The notes beneath the pieces are model-generated. The model did not search any database, was not told the DNA's origin, and saw only the letters and a list, made by a program, of their open reading frames with translations. Below are positions 63,594 to 64,000 of a stretch of DNA of 64,000 nt, piece by piece; position 1 is the stretch's first letter; each line of letters opens with the position of its first letter. Made by a program: the position numbers and the translations under genes. The stretch is from a phage. The stretch lies in the sequence record PZ386958.1. One strand, given 5' to 3'.

Positions 63594-63653
63594 GCCCTGC
63601 TATAAGTATTCTTCCTTTCGCTACCGAAGAGTATTTTTAGACAGGGCTTTTTT
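63594..63653 (+). terminator. Long hairpin terminator (GCCCTG ... CAGGGC + TTTTTT) ending the tRNA cluster
   Basis: Outer stem GCCCTG/CAGGGC followed by TTTTTT. Confidence 0.5.
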
Positions 63654-63778
63654 ACAGAGTTATACTTTATAGGAAGACTTATACAGTATGTCTCTGACGT
63701 ACATTGTGGTTTCTCCTTGACGGTCTCTGTGCCGTCTTTTTTAAGGGGAAACAATATTAATTATTTGGAGAAAACATA

Positions 63779-63979
63779 ATGAGCGAGAACGTTTATAAAG
63801 AACTTTATGAAGCTAACAAGAAGCTAGAGTTTATGCAGAATACTATCATGGCAATTGCAGACAGACTATCTGTAGCAACAGGTATTGATATTAAAGAAGC
63901 ATCTATGGATGCACTTCTTGATGCTGTTGATGCAAAGTTCGAAGTTAAGAAAGAAGAGACTGCTACAGACTCTGAATAA
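63779..63979 (+). CDS. Hypothetical small acidic protein
   Basis: 66-aa ORF preceded by GGAG. Confidence 0.4.
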   Translation: MSENVYKELYEANKKLEFMQNTIMAIADRLSVATGIDIKEASMDALLDAVDAKFEVKKEETATDSE

Positions 63980-64000
63980 TTCTATTTGCGGAGGTGCTTA

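Overview
This window reads as a segment of a large, AT-rich virulent dsDNA phage genome (Gram-negative-style sigma70 promoters, hairpin terminators). All calls are from reading the sequence and the ORF track; no searches were run. Layout: a leftward operon (1-7877) with thymidylate synthase (partial), DHFR, an ATP-dependent DNA ligase and a T7-like family A DNA polymerase whose gene is split by a 268-nt ORF-less group I intron; a long rightward early block (8105-39896) with dNMP kinase, T7 gp4-like primase-helicase, SSB-like protein, 5'-3' exonuclease, aerobic and anaerobic ribonucleotide reductases, a PRPP-synthetase-like/NAMPT-like pair (candidate NAD+ reconstitution, anti-defence), rIIA/rIIB-like genes, Dam methylase, a TARG1-like macrodomain protein and several free-standing homing endonucleases; an iteron-like intergenic region (39897-40404); an array of about 17 small genes each preceded by a conserved ~70-110 bp hairpin-plus-RBS unit (40380-46995); a 1.7-kb non-coding, repeat-dense convergent region (47061-48754); a leftward block containing a T4-type lysozyme (48755-56263); and a rightward block with an AT-hook-like protein, a vWA-domain protein and a cluster of about 26 tRNA genes interleaved with protein genes and structured non-coding elements, including a stem-enclosed permuted tRNA-like module. 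tRNA boundaries and anticodons were folded by eye and are approximate.
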